From Eledone cirrhosa (lineage: Eukaryota), in NCBI GenBank assembly GCA_964016885.1, contig OZ024742.1, positions 17,236,001-17,300,000 of the forward strand: 64,000 nucleotides of DNA, in the 5' to 3' direction. Numbering within the stretch: the stretch's first letter is position 1; each line of letters starts with the position of its first letter. This document shows, in pieces, positions 1-15,000 of this stretch. Under the pieces are notes generated by a model that ran no database searches, was not told where the DNA came from, and worked only from the letters and a program-made list of their open reading frames with translations. The position numbers were made by a program, and so were the translations under genes.

Positions 1-3000
1 CCAATCCACCACCCTAACATGGTGTCAGACCCTCTACCTATAATGACAATCCTCCACCCTAGCATGGCGTCAGACCCTGTACCGATACTGCCATTCCACC
101 ATCCTAGCATGGTGTCAGACCCTCTACCTATACTGCCAATCCAGCACCCTAACATGGTGTCAGACCCTCTACCTATAATGCCAATCGACCACCCTAGCAT
201 GGTGTCAGACCCTCTACCTATAATGCCAATCAACCACCCTAGCATGGTGTCAGACCCTCTACCTATACTGCCAATCCAGCATCCTACCATGGTGTCAGAC
301 ACTCTACCGATACTGCCAATCCACCACCCTAACATGGTGTCAAACACTCTACTGATACTGCCAATCCAGCACCCTAACATGGTGTCAGACCCTCTACCTA
401 TACTGCCAATCCAGCACCCTAACATGGTGTCAGAGCCTCTACCTATAATGCCAACCACCACCCTAGCATGCTGCAGACCCTCTACCTATACTGCCAATCC
501 AGAATCCTAGCATGGTGTCTGACCCTCTACCTATAATGCCAATCCACCACCCTAGCATGGTGTCAGACCCTCTACCTATACTGCCAATCCACCACCCTAG
601 CATGGTGTCAGACCCTCTATCTATACTGCCAATCCACCACCCTAACATGGTGTCAGACCCTCTACCTATAATGCCAATCCACCACCCTAGCATGGTGTCA
701 GACCCTCTACCTATACTGCCAATCTACCACCCTAACAGGGTGTCAGACACTCTACCTATACTGCCAATCCACCACCCTAACATGGTGTCAGACCCTCTAC
801 CTATAATGCCAATGCACCACCCTAGCATGGTGTTAGACCCTCTACCTATAATGCCAATCCACCACCCTAGCATGGTGTCAGACCCTCTACCGATACTGCC
901 AATCCACCATCCTAGCATGGCTTCAGACCCTCTACCGATATTGCCAATCCACCATCCTAGCATGGCGACAGACCCTCTACCTATACTGCCAATCCAGCAT
1001 CCTAGCATGGTGTCAGACCCTCTACCTATACTGCCAATCCACCACACTAACATGGTGTCAAACCCTCTACCGATACTGCCAATGCACCACCCTACCATGG
1101 CGTCATACCCTCTACCTATACTGCCAATCCACCACCCTAGCATGGTGTCAGACCCTCTACCGATACTGCCAATCCACCACCCTAGCATGGTGTCAGACCC
1201 TCTACCGATACTGCCAATCCACCACCCTACCATTGCGTCAGACCCTCTACCTATACTGCCAATTTACCACCCTAACATGGTGTCAGACACTCTACCGATA
1301 CTGCCAACCTACCACCCTAACATGGTGTCAGACCCCCTACCTATACTGCCAATCTACCACCCTAACATGGTGTCAGACACTATACCGATACTGCCAATCC
1401 ACCACACTAGCATGGCGTCAGACCCTCTACCGATACTGCCAATCCACCGCCCTACCATGGTGTCAGACCCTCTACCTACACTGCCAATCCAGCACCCTAA
1501 CATGGTGTCAGACCCTCTACCTATAATGCCAACCACCACCCTAGCATGCTGCAGACCCTCTACCTATACTGCCAATCCAGAATCCTAGCATGGTGTCTGA
1601 CCCTCTACCTATAATGCCAATCCACCACCCTAGCATGGTGTCAGACCCTCTACCTATACTGCCAATCCACCACCCTAGCATGGTCTCAGACCCTCTATCT
1701 ATACTGCCAATCCACCACCCTAACATGGTGTCAGACCCTCTACCTATAATGCCAATGCACCACCCTAGCATGGTGTTAGACCCTCTACCTATACTACCAA
1801 TCCACCACCCTAGCATGGTGTCAGACCCTCTACCTATACTGCCAATCCAGCAACCTAGCATGGCGTCAGACCCTCTACCAATACTGCCAATCAAGCATCC
1901 TAGCATGGCGTCAGACCCTCTACCTATACTGCCAATCCAGCACCCTAGCATGGTGTCAGACCCTCCACTGATACTGCCAATCCACCACCCTAGCATGGTG
2001 TCAGACCCTCTACCTATACTGCCAATCCAGCATCCTAGCATGGTGTCAGACCCTCTACCTATACTGCCAATCCAGTATCGTAGCATGGTGTAAGACCCTC
2101 TACTTTTACTGCCAATCCACCACCCAGCATGGTGTCAGACCCTCTACTTTTACTGCCAATCCACCACCCTAGCATGGCGTCAGACGCTCTACCGATACTG
2201 CCAATCCACCATCCTAGCATGGCTTCAGACCCTCTACCGATATTGCCAATCCACCATCCTAGCATGGTGACAGACCCTCTACCTATACTGCCAATCCAGC
2301 ATCCTAGCATGGTGTCAGACCCTCTACCTATACTGCCAATCCACCACCCTACCATGGTGTCAGACACTCTACCTATACTGCCAATCCACCACCCTAGCAT
2401 GGTGTCAGACCCTCTACCGATACTGCCAATCCACCACCCTACCATTGCGTCAGACCCTCTACCTATACTGCCAATCCACCAACCTAACATGGTGTCAGAC
2501 ACTCTACCGATACTGCCAATCCACCGCCCTAGCATGGCGTCAGACCCTCTACCTATACTCCCAATCCAGCACCCTAACATGGTGTCAGACCCTCTACCTA
2601 TAATGCCAATGCACCACCCTAGCATGGTGTTAGACCCTCTACCTATAATGCCAATCCACCACACTAGCATGCTGTCAGACCCTCTACCTATAATGCCAAT
2701 CCACCACCCTAACATGGTGTCAGACCCTCTACCTATAATGCCAATCCACCACCCTAGCATGGTGTCAGTTCTTCTACCTATAATGCCAATCCACCACCCT
2801 AGCATGGTGTCAGACCCTCTACCTATACTGCAAATCCACCACCCTAGCATGGTGTCAGACCCTCTACCTATACTGCCAATCCACCACCCTAGCATGGTGT
2901 CAGACCCGCTACCGATACTGCCAATCCACCACCCTAGCATGGTGTCAGACCCTCTACCGATACTGCCAATCCACCACCCTACCATTGCGTCAGACCCTCT

Positions 3001-6000
3001 ACCTATACTGCCAATACACCACCCTAACATGGTGTCAGACACTCTACCGATACTGCCAATCTACCACCCTAACATAGTGTCAGACCCTCTACCTATACTG
3101 CCAATCTACCACCCTAACATGGTGTCAGACACTCTACCGATACTGCCAATCCACCACCCTAGCATGGCGTCAGACCATCTACCGATACTGCCAATCCAGC
3201 GCCCTACCATGGTGTCAGACCCTCTACCTATACTACCAATCCACCACCCTAGCATGGTGTCAGACCCTCTACCTATACTGCCAATCCACCACCCTAGCAT
3301 GGTGTCAGACACGCTACCTATAATGCCAATCCACCACCCTAGCATGGTGTCAGACCCTCTACCTATAATACCAATACACCACACTAGCATGGTGTCAGAC
3401 CCTCTACCTATACTGCCAATCCACCACCCTAGCATGGAGTCAGACCCTCTACCTATACTGCCAATCCACCACCCTAACATGGTGTCAGACCCTCTACCTA
3501 TAATGACAATCCTCCACCCTAGCATGGCGTCAGACCCTGTACCGATACTGCCATTCCACCATCCTAGCATGGTGTCAGACCCTCTACCTATACTGCCAAT
3601 CCAGCACCCTAACATGGTGTCAGACCCTCTACCTATAATGCCAATCGACCACCCTAGCATGGTATCAGACCCTCTACCTATAATGCCAATCAACCACCCT
3701 AGCATGGTGTCAGACCCTCTACCTATACTGCCAATCCAGCATCCTACCATGGTGTCAGACACTCTACCGATACTGCCAATCCACCACCCTAACATGGTGT
3801 CAAACACTCTACTGATACTGCCAATCCAGCACCCTAACATGGTGTCAGACCCTCTACCTATACTGCCAATCCAGCACCCTAACATGGTGTCAGAGCCTCT
3901 ACCTATAATGCCAACCACCACCCTAGCATGCTGCAGACCCTCTACCTATACTGCCAATCCAGAATCCTAGCATGGTGTCTGACCCTCTACCTATAATGCC
4001 AATCCACCACCCTAGCATGGTGTCAGACCCTCTACCTATACTGCCAATCCACCACCCTAGCATGGTGTCAGACCCTCTATCTATACTGCCAATCCACCAC
4101 CCTAACATGGTGTCAGACCCTCTACCTATAATGCCAATCCACCACCCTAGCATGGTGTCAGACCCTCTACCTATACTGCCAATCTACCACCCTAACAGGG
4201 TGTCAGACACTCTACCTATACTGCCAATCCACCACCCTAACATGGTGTCAGACCCTCTACCTATAATGCCAATGCACCACCCTAGCATGGTGTTAGACCC
4301 TCTACCTATAATGCCAATCCACCACCCTAGCATGGTGTCAGACCCTCTACCGATACTGCCAATCCACCATCCTAGCATGGCTTCAGACCCTCTACCGATA
4401 TTGCCAATCCACCATCCTAGCATGGCGACAGACCCTCTACCTATACTGCCAATCCAGCATCCTAGCATGGTGTCAGACCCTCTACCTATACTGCCAATCC
4501 ACCACACTAACATGGTGTCAAACCCTCTACCGATACTGCCAATGCACCACCCTACCATGGCGTCATACCCTCTACCTATACTGCCAATCCACCACCCTAG
4601 CATGGTGTCAGACCCTCTACCGATACTGCCAATCCACCACCCTAGCATGGTGTCAGACCCTCTACCGATACTGCCAATCCACCACCCTACCATTGCGTCA
4701 GACCCTCTACCTATACTGCCAATTTACCACCCTAACATGGTGTCAGACACTCTACCGATACTGCCAACCTACCACCCTAACATGGTGTCAGACCCCCTAC
4801 CTATACTGCCAATCTACCACCCTAACATGGTGTCAGACACTATACCGATACTGCCAATCCACCACACTAGCATGGCGTCAGACCCTCTACCGATACTGCC
4901 AATCCACCGCCCTACCATGGTGTCAGACCCTCTACCTACACTGCCAATCCAGCACCCTAACATGGTGTCAGACCCTCTACCTATAATGCCAAACACCACC
5001 CTAGCATGCTGCAGACCCTCTACCTATACTGCCAATCCAGAATCCTAGCATGGTGTCAGACCCTCTATCTATAATGCCAATCCACCACCCTAGCATGGTG
5101 TCAGACCCTCTACCTACACTGCCAATCCACCACCCTAGCATGGTGTCAGACCCTCTACCTATACTGCCAATCCACCACCCTAACATGGTGTCAGACCCTC
5201 TACCTATAATGCCAATCCACCACCCTAGCATGGTGTCAGACCCTCTACCTATACTGCCAATCCACCACCCTAACAGGGTGTCAGACACTCTACCTATACT
5301 GCCAATCCACCACCCTAACACGGTGTCAGACCCTCTACCTATAAAGCCAATGCACCACCCTAGCATGGTGTTAGACCCTCTACCTATAATGCCAATCCAC
5401 CACACTAGCATGCTGTCAGACCCTCTACCTATAATGCCAATCCACCACCCTAACATGGTGTCAGACCCTCTACCTATAATGCCAATCCACCACCCTAGCA
5501 TGGTGTCAGACCCTCTACCTATAATGCCAATCCACCACCCTAGCATGGTGTCAGACCCTCTACCTATACTGCCAATCCAGAATCCTAGCATGGTCTCAGA
5601 CCCTCTACCTATACTGCCAATCCACCACCCTAGCATGGTGTCAGACCCGCTACCGATACTGCCAATCCACCACCCTAGCATGGTGTCAGACCCTCTACCA
5701 ATACTGCCAATCCACCACCCTACCATTGCGTCAGACCCTCTACCTATACTGCCAATCCACCACCCTAACATGGTGTCAGACACTCTACCTATAATGCCAA
5801 TCCACCACCCTAGCATGGTGTCAGACCCTCTACCTATACTGCCAATCTACCACCCTAACAGGGTGTCAGACACTCTACCTATACTGCCAATCCACCACCC
5901 TAACATGGTGTCAGACCCTCTACCTATAATGCCAATGCACCACCCTAGCATGGTGTTAGACCCTCTACCTATAATGCCAATCCACCACCCTAGCATGGTG

Positions 6001-9000
6001 TCAGACCCTCTACCGATACTGCCAATAGACCACCCTACCATTGCGTCAGACCCTCTACCTATACTGCCAATCCACCACCCTAACATGGTGTCAGACACTC
6101 TACCGATACTGCCAATCCACCACCCTAGCATGGCGTCAGACCCTCTACCTATACTGCCAATCCAGCACCCTAACATGGTGTCAGACCCTCTACCTATACT
6201 ACCAATCCACCACCCTAGCATGGTGTCAGACCCTCTACCTATACTGCCAATCCAGCAACCTAGCATGGCGTCAGACCCTCTACCTATACTGCCAATCCAG
6301 CATCCTAGCATGGCGTCAGACCCTCTACCTATACTGCCAATCCAGCACCCTAGCATGGTGTCAGACCCTCCACTGATACTGCCAATCCACCACCCTAGCA
6401 TGGTGTCAGACCCTCTACCTATACTGCCAATCCAGCATCCTAGCATGGTGTCAGACCCTCTACCTATACTGCCAATCCAGTATCGTAGCATGGTGTAAGA
6501 CCCTCTACTTTTACTGCCAATCCACCACCCAGCATGGTGTCAGACCCTCTACTTTTACTGCCAATCCACCACCCTAGCATGGCGTCAGACTCTCTACCGA
6601 TACTGCCAATCCACCATCCTAGCATGGCTTCAGACCCTCTACCGATATTGCCAATCCACCATCCTAGCATGGCGACAGACCCTCTACCTATACTGCCAAT
6701 CCAGCATCCTAGCATGGTGTCAGACCCTCTACCTATACTGCCAATCCACCACACTAACATGGTGTCAGACCCTCTACCGATACTGCCAATGCACCACCCT
6801 ACCATGGCGTCATACCCTCTACCTATACTGCCAATCCACCACCCTAGCATGGTGTCAGACCCTCTACCGATACTGCCAATCCACCACCCTACCATTGCGT
6901 CAGACCCTCTACCTATACTGCCAATTTACCACCCTAACATGGTGTCAGACACTCTACCGATACTGCCAACCTACCACCCTAACATGGTGTCAGACCCCCT
7001 ACCTATACTGCCAATCTACCACCCTAACATGGTGTCAGACACTATACCGATACTGCCAATCCACCACACTAGCATGGCGTCAGACCCTCTACCGATACTG
7101 CCAATCCACCGCCCTACCATGGTGTCAGACCCTCTACCTACACTGCCAATCCAGCACCCTAACAGGGTGTCAGACACTCTACCTATACTGCCAATCCACC
7201 ACCCTAACACGGTGTCAGACCCTCTACCTATAATGCCAATGCACCACCCTAGCATGGTGTTAGACCCTCTACCTATAATGCCAATCCACCACACTAGCAT
7301 GCTGTCAGACCCTCTACCTATAATGCCAATCCACCACCCTAACATGGTGTCAGACCCTCTACCTATAATGCCAATCCACCACCCTAGCATGGTGTCAGAC
7401 CCTCTACCTATAATGCCAATCCACCACCCTAGCATGGTGTCAGACCCTCTACCTATACTGCCAATCCAGAATCCTAGCATGGTCTCAGACCCTCTACCTA
7501 TACTGCCAATGCACCACCCTAGCATGGTGTCAGACCCGCTACCGATACTGCCAATCCACCACCCTAGCATGGTGTCAGACCCTCTACCAATACTGCCAAT
7601 CCACCACCCTACCATTGCGTCAGACCCTCTACCTATACTGCCAATCCACCACCCTAACATGGTGTCAGACACTCTACCGATACTGCCAATCTACCACCCT
7701 AACATAGTGTCAGAACCTCTACCTCTACTGCCAATCTATCACCCTAAAATGGTGTCAGACACTCTACCGATACTGCCAATCCACCACCCTAGAATGGCGT
7801 CAGACCCTCTACCGATACTGCCAATCCAGCGCCCTACCATGGTGTCAGACCCTCTACCTATACTGCCAATCCACCACCCTAGCATGGTGTCAGACCCTCT
7901 ACCTATACTGCCAATCCACCACCCAAGCATGGTGTCAGACCCGCTACTTATACTGCCAATCCACCACCCTAGCATGGTGTCAGACCCTCTACCTATAATA
8001 CCAATCCACCACACTAGCATGGTGTCAGACCCTCTAACTATACTGCCAATCCACCACCCTAGCATGGAGTCAGACCCTCTACCTATACTGCCAATCCACC
8101 ACCCTAACATGGTGTCAGACCCTCTACCTATAATGACAATCCTCCACCCTAACATGGCGTCAGACCCTGTACCGATACTGCCATTCCACCATCCTAGCAT
8201 GGTGTCAGACCCTCTACCTATACTGCCAATCCAGCACCCTAACATGGTGTCAGACCCTCTACCTATAATGCCAATCGACCACCCTAGCATGGTGTCAGAC
8301 CCTCTACCTATAATGCCAATCCACCACCATAGCATGGTGTCAGACCCTCTACCTATAATGCCAATCAACCACCCTAGCATGGTGTCAGACCCTCTACCTA
8401 TACTGCCAATCCAGCATCCTAACATGGCGTCAGACCCTCTACCTATACTGCCAATCCACCACACTAACATGGTGTCAGACACTCTACCGATACTGCCAAT
8501 CCACCACCCTAGCATGGTGTCAGACCCTCTACCGATACTGCCAATCCGCAACCCTAGCATGGTGTCAGACCCTCTACCGATACTGCCAATCCACCACCCT
8601 AACATGGTGTCAGACCCTCTACCTATAATGACAATCCTCCACCCTACCATGGCGTCAGACCCTGTACCGATACTGCCAATCCACCACCCTACCATTGCGT
8701 CAGACCCTCTACCTATACTGCCAATCCACCACCCTAACATGGTGTCAGACACTCTACCGATACTGCCAATCTACCACCCTAACATAGTGTCAGACCCTCT
8801 ACCTATACTGCCAATCCACCACCCTAACATGGTGTCAGACACTCTACCGATACTGCCAATCCACCACCCTAGCATGGTGTCAGACCCTCTACCGATACTG
8901 CCAATCCACAACCCTAGCATGGTGTCAGACCCTCTACCGATACTGCCAATCCACCACCCTAACATGGTGTCAGACCCTCTACCTATAATGACAATCCTCC

Positions 9001-12000
9001 ACCCTAGCATGGCGTCAGACCCTGTACCGATACTGCCATTCCACCATCCTAGCATGGTGTCAGACCCTCTACCTATACTGCCAATCCAGCACCCTAACAT
9101 GGTGTCAGACCCTCTACCTATAATGCCAATCGACCACCCTAGCATGGTGTCAGACCCTCTACCTATAATGCCAATCCACCACCATAGCATGGTGTCAGAC
9201 CCTCTACCTATAATGCCAATCAACCACCCTAGCATGGTGTCAGACCCTCTACCTATACTGCCAATCCAGCATCCTAACATGGCGTCAGACCCTCTACCTA
9301 TACTGCCAATCCAGCACCCTAACATAGTGTCAGACACTCTACCGATACTGCCAATCCACCACCCTAGCATGGTGTCAGACCCTCTACCGATACTGCCAAT
9401 CCGCAACCCTAGCATGGTGTCAGACCCTCTACCTATACTGCCAATCCACCACCCTAGCATGGTGTCAGACCCTCTACTTTTACTGCCAATCCACCACCCT
9501 AGCATGGCGTCAGACTCTCTACCGATACTGCCAATCCACCATCCTAGCATGGCTTCAGACCCTCTACCGATATTGCCAATCCACCATCCTAGCATGGCGA
9601 CAGACCCTCTACCTATACTGCCAATCCAGCATCCTAGCATGGTGTCAGACCCTCTACCTATACTGCCAATCCACCACACTAACATGGTGTCAGACCCTCT
9701 ACCGATACTGCCAATGCACCACCCTACCATGGCGTCAGACCCTCTACCTATACTGCCAATCCACCACCCTAGCATGGTGTCAGACCCTCTACCGATACTG
9801 CCAATCCACCACCCTAGCATGGCGTCAGACCCTCTACCGATACTGCCAATCCAGCGCCCTACCATTGCGTCAGACCCTCTACCTATACTGCCAATTTACC
9901 ACCCTAACATGGTGTCAGACCCTCTACCTATACTGCCAATCCACCACCCTAGCATGGCGTCAGACCCTCTACCGATACTGCCAATCCAGCGCCCTACCAT
10001 TGCGTCAGACCCTCTACCTATACTGCCAATTTACCACCCTAACATGGTGTCAGACCCTCTACCTATACTGCCAATCCACCACCCTAGCATGGTGTCAGAC
10101 ACTCTACCTATACTGCCAATCCCCAACCCTAGCATGGTATCAGACCTGCTACCTATAATGCCAATCCACCACCCTAGCATGGTGTCAGACCCTCTACCTA
10201 TAATACCAATCCACCACACTAGCATGGTGTCAGACCCTCTAACTATACTGCCAATCCACCACCCTAGCATGGAGTCAGACCCTCTACCTATACTGCCAAT
10301 CCACCACCCTAACATGGTGTCAGACCCTCTACCTATAATGACAATCCTCCACCCTAGCATGGCGTCAGACCCTGTACCGATACTGCCATTCCACCATCCT
10401 AGCATGGTGTCAGACCCTCTACCTATACTGCCAATCCAGCACCCTAACATGGTGTCAGACCCTCTACCTATAATGCCTATCGACCACCCTAGCATGGTGT
10501 CAGACCCTCTACCTATAATGCCAATCCACCACCATAGCATGGTGTCAGACCCTCTACCTATAATGCCATTCAACCACCCTAGCATGGTGTCAGACCCTCT
10601 ACCTATACTGCCAATCCACCACCCTACCATTGCGTCAGACCCTCTACCTATACTGCCAATCCACCACCCTAACATGGTGTCAGACACTCTACCGATACTG
10701 CCAATCTACCACCCTAACATAGTGTCAGACCCTCTACCTATACTGCCAATCTATCACCCTAACATGGTGTCAGACACTCTACCGATACTGCCAATCCACC
10801 ACCCTAGAATGGCGTCAGACCCTCTATCGATACTGCCAATCCAGCGCCCTACCATGGTGTCAGACCCTCTACCTATACTGCCAATCCACCACCCTAGCAT
10901 GGTGTCAGACCCTCTACCTATACTGCCAATCCACCACCCTAGCATGGTGTCAGACCCGCTACCTATAATGCCAATCCACCACCCTAGCATGGTGTCAGAC
11001 CCTCTACCTATAACACCAATCCACCACACTAGCATGGTGTCAGACCCTCTAACTATACTGCCAATCCACCACCCTAGCATGGAGTCAGACCCTCTACCTA
11101 TACTGCCAATCCACCACCCTAACATGGTGTCAGACCCTCTACCTATAATGACAATCCTCCACCCTAGCATGGCGTCAGACCCTGTACCGATACTGCCATT
11201 CCACCATCCTAGCATGGTGTCAGACCCTCTACCTATACTGCCAATCCAGCACCCTAACATGGTGTCAGACCCTCTACCTATAATGCCAATCGACCACCCT
11301 AGCATGGTGTCAGACCCTCTACCTATAATGCCAATCCACCACCATAGCATGGTGTCAGACCCTCTACCTATAATGCCAATCAACCACCCTAGCATGGTGT
11401 CAGACCCTCTACCTATACTGCCAATCCAGCATCCTAACATGGCGTCAGACCCTCTACCTATACTGCCAATCCACCACCCTAACATGGTGTCAGACCCTCT
11501 ACCGATACTGCCAATCCACCACCCTAGCATGGTGTCAGACCCTCTACCGATACTGCCAATCCACAACCCTAGCATGGTGTCAGACCCTCTACCGATACTG
11601 CCAATCCACCACCCTAACATGGTGTCAGACCCTCTACCTATAATGACAATCCTCCACCCTACCATGGCGTCAGACCCTGTACCGATACTGCCAATCCACC
11701 ACCCTACCATTGCGTCAGACCCTCTACCTATACTGCCAATCCACCACCCTAACATGGTGTCAGACACTCTACCGATACTGCCAATCTACCACCCTAACAT
11801 AGTGTCAGACCCTCTACCTATACTGCCAATCCACCACCCTAACATGGTGTCAGACACTCTACCGATACTGCCAATCCACCACCCTAGCATGGTGTCAGAC
11901 CCTCTACCGATACTGCCAATCCACAACCCTAGCATGGTGTCAGACCCTCTACCGATACTGCCAATCCACCACCCTAACATGGTGTCAGACCCTCTACCTA

Positions 12001-15000
12001 TAATGACAATCCTCCACCCTAGCATTGCGTCAAACCCTGTACCGATACTGCCAATCCACCACCCTACCATTGCGTCAGACCCTCTACCTATACTGCCAAT
12101 CCACCACCCTAACATGGTGTCAGACACTCTACCGATGCTGCCAATCCACCACCCTAGCATGGCGTCAGACCCTCTACCTATACTGCCAATCCAGCACCCT
12201 AACATGGTGTCAGACCCTCTACCTATACTACCAATCCACCCCCCTAGCATGGTGTCAGACCCTCTACCTATACTGCCAATCCAGTATCGTAGCATGGTGT
12301 CAGACCCTCTACTTTTACTGCCAATCCACCACCCTAGCATGGTGTCAGACCCTCTACTTTTACTGCCAATCCACCACCCTAGCATGGCGTCAGACTCTCT
12401 ACCGATATTGCCAATCCACCATCCTAGCATGGCGACAGACCCTCTACCTATACTGCCAATCCAGCATCCTAGCATGGTGTCAGACCCTCTACCTATACTG
12501 CCAATCCACCACACTAACATGGTGTCAGACCCTCTACCGATACTGCCAATGCACCACCCTACCATGGCGTCAGACCCTCTACCTATACTGCCAATCCACC
12601 ACCCTAGCATGGTGTCAGACCCTCTACCGATACTGCCAATCCACCACCCTAGCATGGCGTCAGACCCTCTACCGATACTGCCAATCCAGCGCCCTACCAT
12701 TGCGTCAGACCCTCTACCTATACTGCCAATTTACCACCCTAACATGGTGTCAGACCCTCTACCTATACTGCCAATCCACCACCCTAGCATGGCGTCAGAC
12801 CCTCTACCGATACTGCCAATCCAGCGCCCTACCATTGCGTCAGACCCTCTACCTATACTGCCAATTTACCACCCTAACATGGTGTCAGACCCTCTACCTA
12901 TACTGCCAATCCACCACCCTAGCATGGTGTCAGACCCTCTACCTATACTGCCAATCCACCACCCTAGCATGGTATCAGACCTGCTACCTATAATGCCAAT
13001 CCACCACCCTAGTATGGTGTCAGACCCTCTACCTATAATACCAATCCACCACACTAGCATGGTGTCAGACCCTCTAACTATACTGCCAATCCACCACCCT
13101 AGCATGGAGTCAGACCCTCTACCTATACTGCCAATCCACCACCCTAACATGGTGTCAGACCCTCTACCTATAATGACAATCCTCCACCCTAGCATGGCGT
13201 CAGACCCTGTACCGATACTGCCATTCCACCATCCTAGCATGGTGTCAGACCCACTACCTATACTGCCAATCCAGCACCCTAACATGGTGTCAGACCCTCT
13301 ACCTATAATGCCTATCGACCACCCTAGCATGGTGTCAGACCCTCTACCTATAATGCCAATCCACCACCATAGCATGGTGTCAGACCCTCTACCTATAATG
13401 CCATTCAACCACCCTAGCATGGTGTCAGACCCTCTACCTATACTGCCAATCCAGCATCCTAACATGGCGTCAAACCCTCTACCTATACTGCCAATCCACC
13501 ACCCTAACATGGTGTCAGACACTCTACCGATACTGCCAATCCACCACCCTAGCATGGTGTCAGACCCTCTACCGATACTGCCAATCCACCACCCTAGCAT
13601 GGTGTCAGACCCTCTACCGATACTGCCAATCCACCACCCTACCATTGCGTCAGACCCTCTACCTATACTGCCAATCCACCACCCTAACATGGTGTCAGAC
13701 ACTCTACCGATACTGCCAATCTACCACCCTAACATAGTGTCAGAACCTCTACCTATACTGCCAATCTACCACCCTAACATGGTGTCAGACACTCTACCGA
13801 TACTGCCAATCCACCACCCTAGCATGGCGTCAGATCCTCTACCGATACTGCCAATCTACCACCCTAACATAGTGTCAGACCCTCTACCTATACTGCCAAT
13901 CCACCACCCTAACATGGTGTCAGACACTCTACCGATACTGCCAATCCACCACCCTAGCATGGCGTCAGATCCTCTACCTATACTGCCAATCCAGCACCCT
14001 AACATGGTGTCAGACCCTCTACCTATACTGCCAATCCACCACCCTACCATTGCGTCAGACCCTCTACCTATACTGCCAATCCAGCAACCTAGCATGGCGT
14101 CAGACCCTCTACCTATACTGCCAATCCAGCACCCTAGCATGGTGTCAGACCCTCCACTGATACTGCCAATCCACCACCCTAGCATGGTGTCAGACCCTCT
14201 ACCTATACTGCCAATGCAGCATCCCAGCATGGTGTCAGACCCTCTACCTATACTGCCAATCCACCACACTAACATGGTGTCAGACCCTCTACAATTACTG
14301 CAAATCCACCATCCTAGCATGGCTTCAGACCCTCTACCGATATTGCCAATCCACCATCCTAGCATGGCGACAGACCCTCTACCTATACTGCCAATCCAGC
14401 ATCCTAGCATGGTGTCAGACCCTCTACCTATACTGCCAATCCACCACACTAACATGGTGTCAGACCCTCTACCGATACTGCCAATGCACCACCCTACCAT
14501 GGCCTCAGACCTTCTACCTATACTGCCAATCCACCACCCTAGCATGGTGTCAGACCCTCTACCGATACTGCCAATCCACCACCCTACCATGGCGTCAGAC
14601 CCTCTACCTATACTGCCAATTTACCACCCTAACATGGTGTCAGACACTCTACCGATACTGCCAATCTACCAACTTAACATGGTGTCAGACCCCCTACCTA
14701 TACTGCCAATCTACCACCCTAACATGGTGTCAGACACTATACCGATACTGCCATTCCACCACCCTAGCATGGCGTCAGACCCTCTACTGATACTGCCAAT
14801 CCACCGCCCTTCCATGGTGTCAGACCCTCTACCTACACTGCCAATCCAGCACCCTAACATGGTGTCAGACCCACTACCTATACAGCCAATCCTAAATCCT
14901 AGCATGGTGTCAGACCCTCTACCTATAATGCCAATCCACCACCCTAGCATGTTGTCAGACCCTCTACCTATACTGCCAATCCACCACCCTAGCATGGTGT